Source: Okamejei kenojei
Lineage: Eukaryota
Length of the DNA: 64,000 nucleotides
Assembly: GCA_035221665.1 (NCBI GenBank)
Contig: CM069142.1
Location: 34,472,001-34,536,000, forward strand
Direction of reading: 5' to 3'
Shown: positions 62,346 through 64,000 of the stretch, one piece after another
How positions within the stretch are numbered: the first letter of the stretch is position 1
Layout of the letters: every line of letters begins with the position of its first letter
The notes under the pieces: generated by a model
What the model was told of the DNA's origin: nothing
The model's database searches: none
What the model saw: only the letters and a program-made list of their open reading frames with translations
Position numbers and translations under genes: made by a program

Positions 62346-63607
62346 TCGGTTCTCCAAGGAACAGGAAGCTCACCAGCTTTATTACCAGCTTTGCTACAGA
62401 TACAGAATGCCTTCACACTTAGTTATGGGTCAGCAGGTATCAGGTATCAAGAAATAATCCCAGTAAACAAGTGGGAAGCAATGCTCAATCAGTAGACGGG
62501 AGTTAACAAAGCGGCAACCAATAAATAACAAGTAAAGGAATAAAAGGTGATCTGAATTTCCTGGCGAAGGGCACAATAGTCACAGTTCTACAGAGAACCT
62601 GCATAAAAAGCATCCATGCAAATATTGTGGGGAAATGTGCCGATGCAAAAATTTCCAACACTTCAGAGTCAAATTTGTTAAAAAAACCCCACGTGGTTCC
62701 TTCATATCACGGGACGGTACGGTGCGCTGTGGTAAAGTTGCTGCCTTGCAGTGCCAGAGACCAGAATTCACACATGACTACGGACGCTGTCTCTACCGGA
62801 GTTTGTATGACCGCGTGGGTTTTCTCCGGGTGCTCTGGTTTCCACCCACATCCCAAAGATGTACAGGTTTGTAGGTTAATTGACATTGGTTAAATTGTTC
62901 CTAGTGTTTAGGTTAGTTCTAGTGTACAGAGGTGATTGCTGTCTCCATGCTGTATCTCAAAAGTTTAAAGTCTCGAACACGACACAGCACTGACCTTGAC
63001 GATGAACTATGCACTGTCGTTGGTTGTATTAAGGACTTTGGAGTTTTTTTTGCATAGTTTTGGCTAACATGCAAAACAAAGCTTTTCACTGCAGCTCGGT
63101 ACGCATGACAATAATAAACCTAATATAATCTATATTCCAAAATCTTAGTTGGATCTGTACCTGAAGATGTTAACATTTCTGGCACCTCACAGCAATATTT
63201 TTAGAAATATTTTTACCCTGCGTGTAGTTTTTGCTTTATCAAATGCTTTTTAATAATATTGAAACCTTGCATTACAAATTGAAATGCTTCCACAAATGCA
63301 CTTTCTTAAGTATGTTGATGCTGATGTATGTAAGCTCTTGTTTGACGATTTGGAACTTTAATGTTCATATTATCAATAAAGTTCGGAGATATTTAAATTC
63401 AGAAGATGGAATGAAAGCCTTTACTCCCCTGAGCCTTGTTGTCCTTATTGATCTCCACTTGTAGCTTCTGACGTTTACATTCTGTCGAGTGTTAGAACAA
63501 GTCTCGGGAAATCTGGACTAGAATTTTGTCAACAAATGTGATGTTCAAGTGCAGTGATGCCTGGAAAGACACTTTTAAAAATACTTTATTTTAGTTGATT
63601 TTATCTT

Positions 63608-63897
63608 GGGGTGGCATAGCAGTTGAGTTGCTGCCTTACAGCGCCAGAGACTCGGGTTCGATCCTGACCACCAGTGATGTCTGTAGGAAGCTTGCCTGTG
63701 CTCTCTGTGAACCGGCGGGTTTCCTCCGGGTGCTCCAGTTTCCTCCGACACTCCTAAGACGTTGGTTAATTGGCTTCTGTTATATTGTCCCTGGTGTGTA
63801 TGGTAGTATTAGTGTTTGGGGTGATCGCTGGTCAGCGTGAAATCGGTCGACCGAAGGGCCTATTTTCGCACTGTATCTCTAAAGTCTAAAGTAAAGT
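63608..63897 (+). mobile_element. HE1-like V-SINE
   Basis: A/B boxes, V-domain, tail. Confidence 0.85.
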
Positions 63898-64000
63898 CTT
63901 ATTTTTGTCAATTGTACCAATGTACAGTGAAAAGCTTTGTTGCGTGCGTGTCAGCGGGTGATTACAATTGTACAGATTGTACAGGATGAAGGGGTAACGT

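Noticed and set aside
24400-64000. Exons of a neighbouring host gene (isolated donors near 28106, 38660, 49519)
   Set aside because: No recognisable protein similarity or consistent exon chain; small exons cannot be excluded without RNA-seq.

Overview
Vertebrate, repeat-dense genomic DNA with three N-gaps. The repeat landscape (HE1-type V-SINEs with CR1/HER1 tails, Penelope fold-backs) suggests a cartilaginous fish, probably a skate or ray (inference). The only host gene I can support is the 3' part of a plus-strand EWI-family Ig-superfamily receptor (CD101/IGSF2- or IGSF3-like). It has six phase-1 V-type Ig exons (1636-13480) plus a TM/cytoplasmic exon (20027-20244); its leader and first Ig exon lie upstream of the window. 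The remaining ~44 kb shows no recognisable host exon and is mostly mobile DNA: about 30 SINEs, L1, Tx1, CR1, Rex1/Babar, Penelope, Tc1, hAT, Harbinger-like, Helitron-like and a 4-bp-TSD (Sola-like) element. The most notable signals are: (1) short TSD-flanked fold-back elements with hammerhead-ribozyme core motifs on both strands; (2) a ~25-bp site in the SINE hit by four independent insertions and many small rearrangements; (3) an AG|GTAAG recursive-splice-like acceptor on one Ig exon; (4) a Sola-like element with a telomere-like tract and a spliced-looking core. No database search could be run; family names come from recalled motifs.
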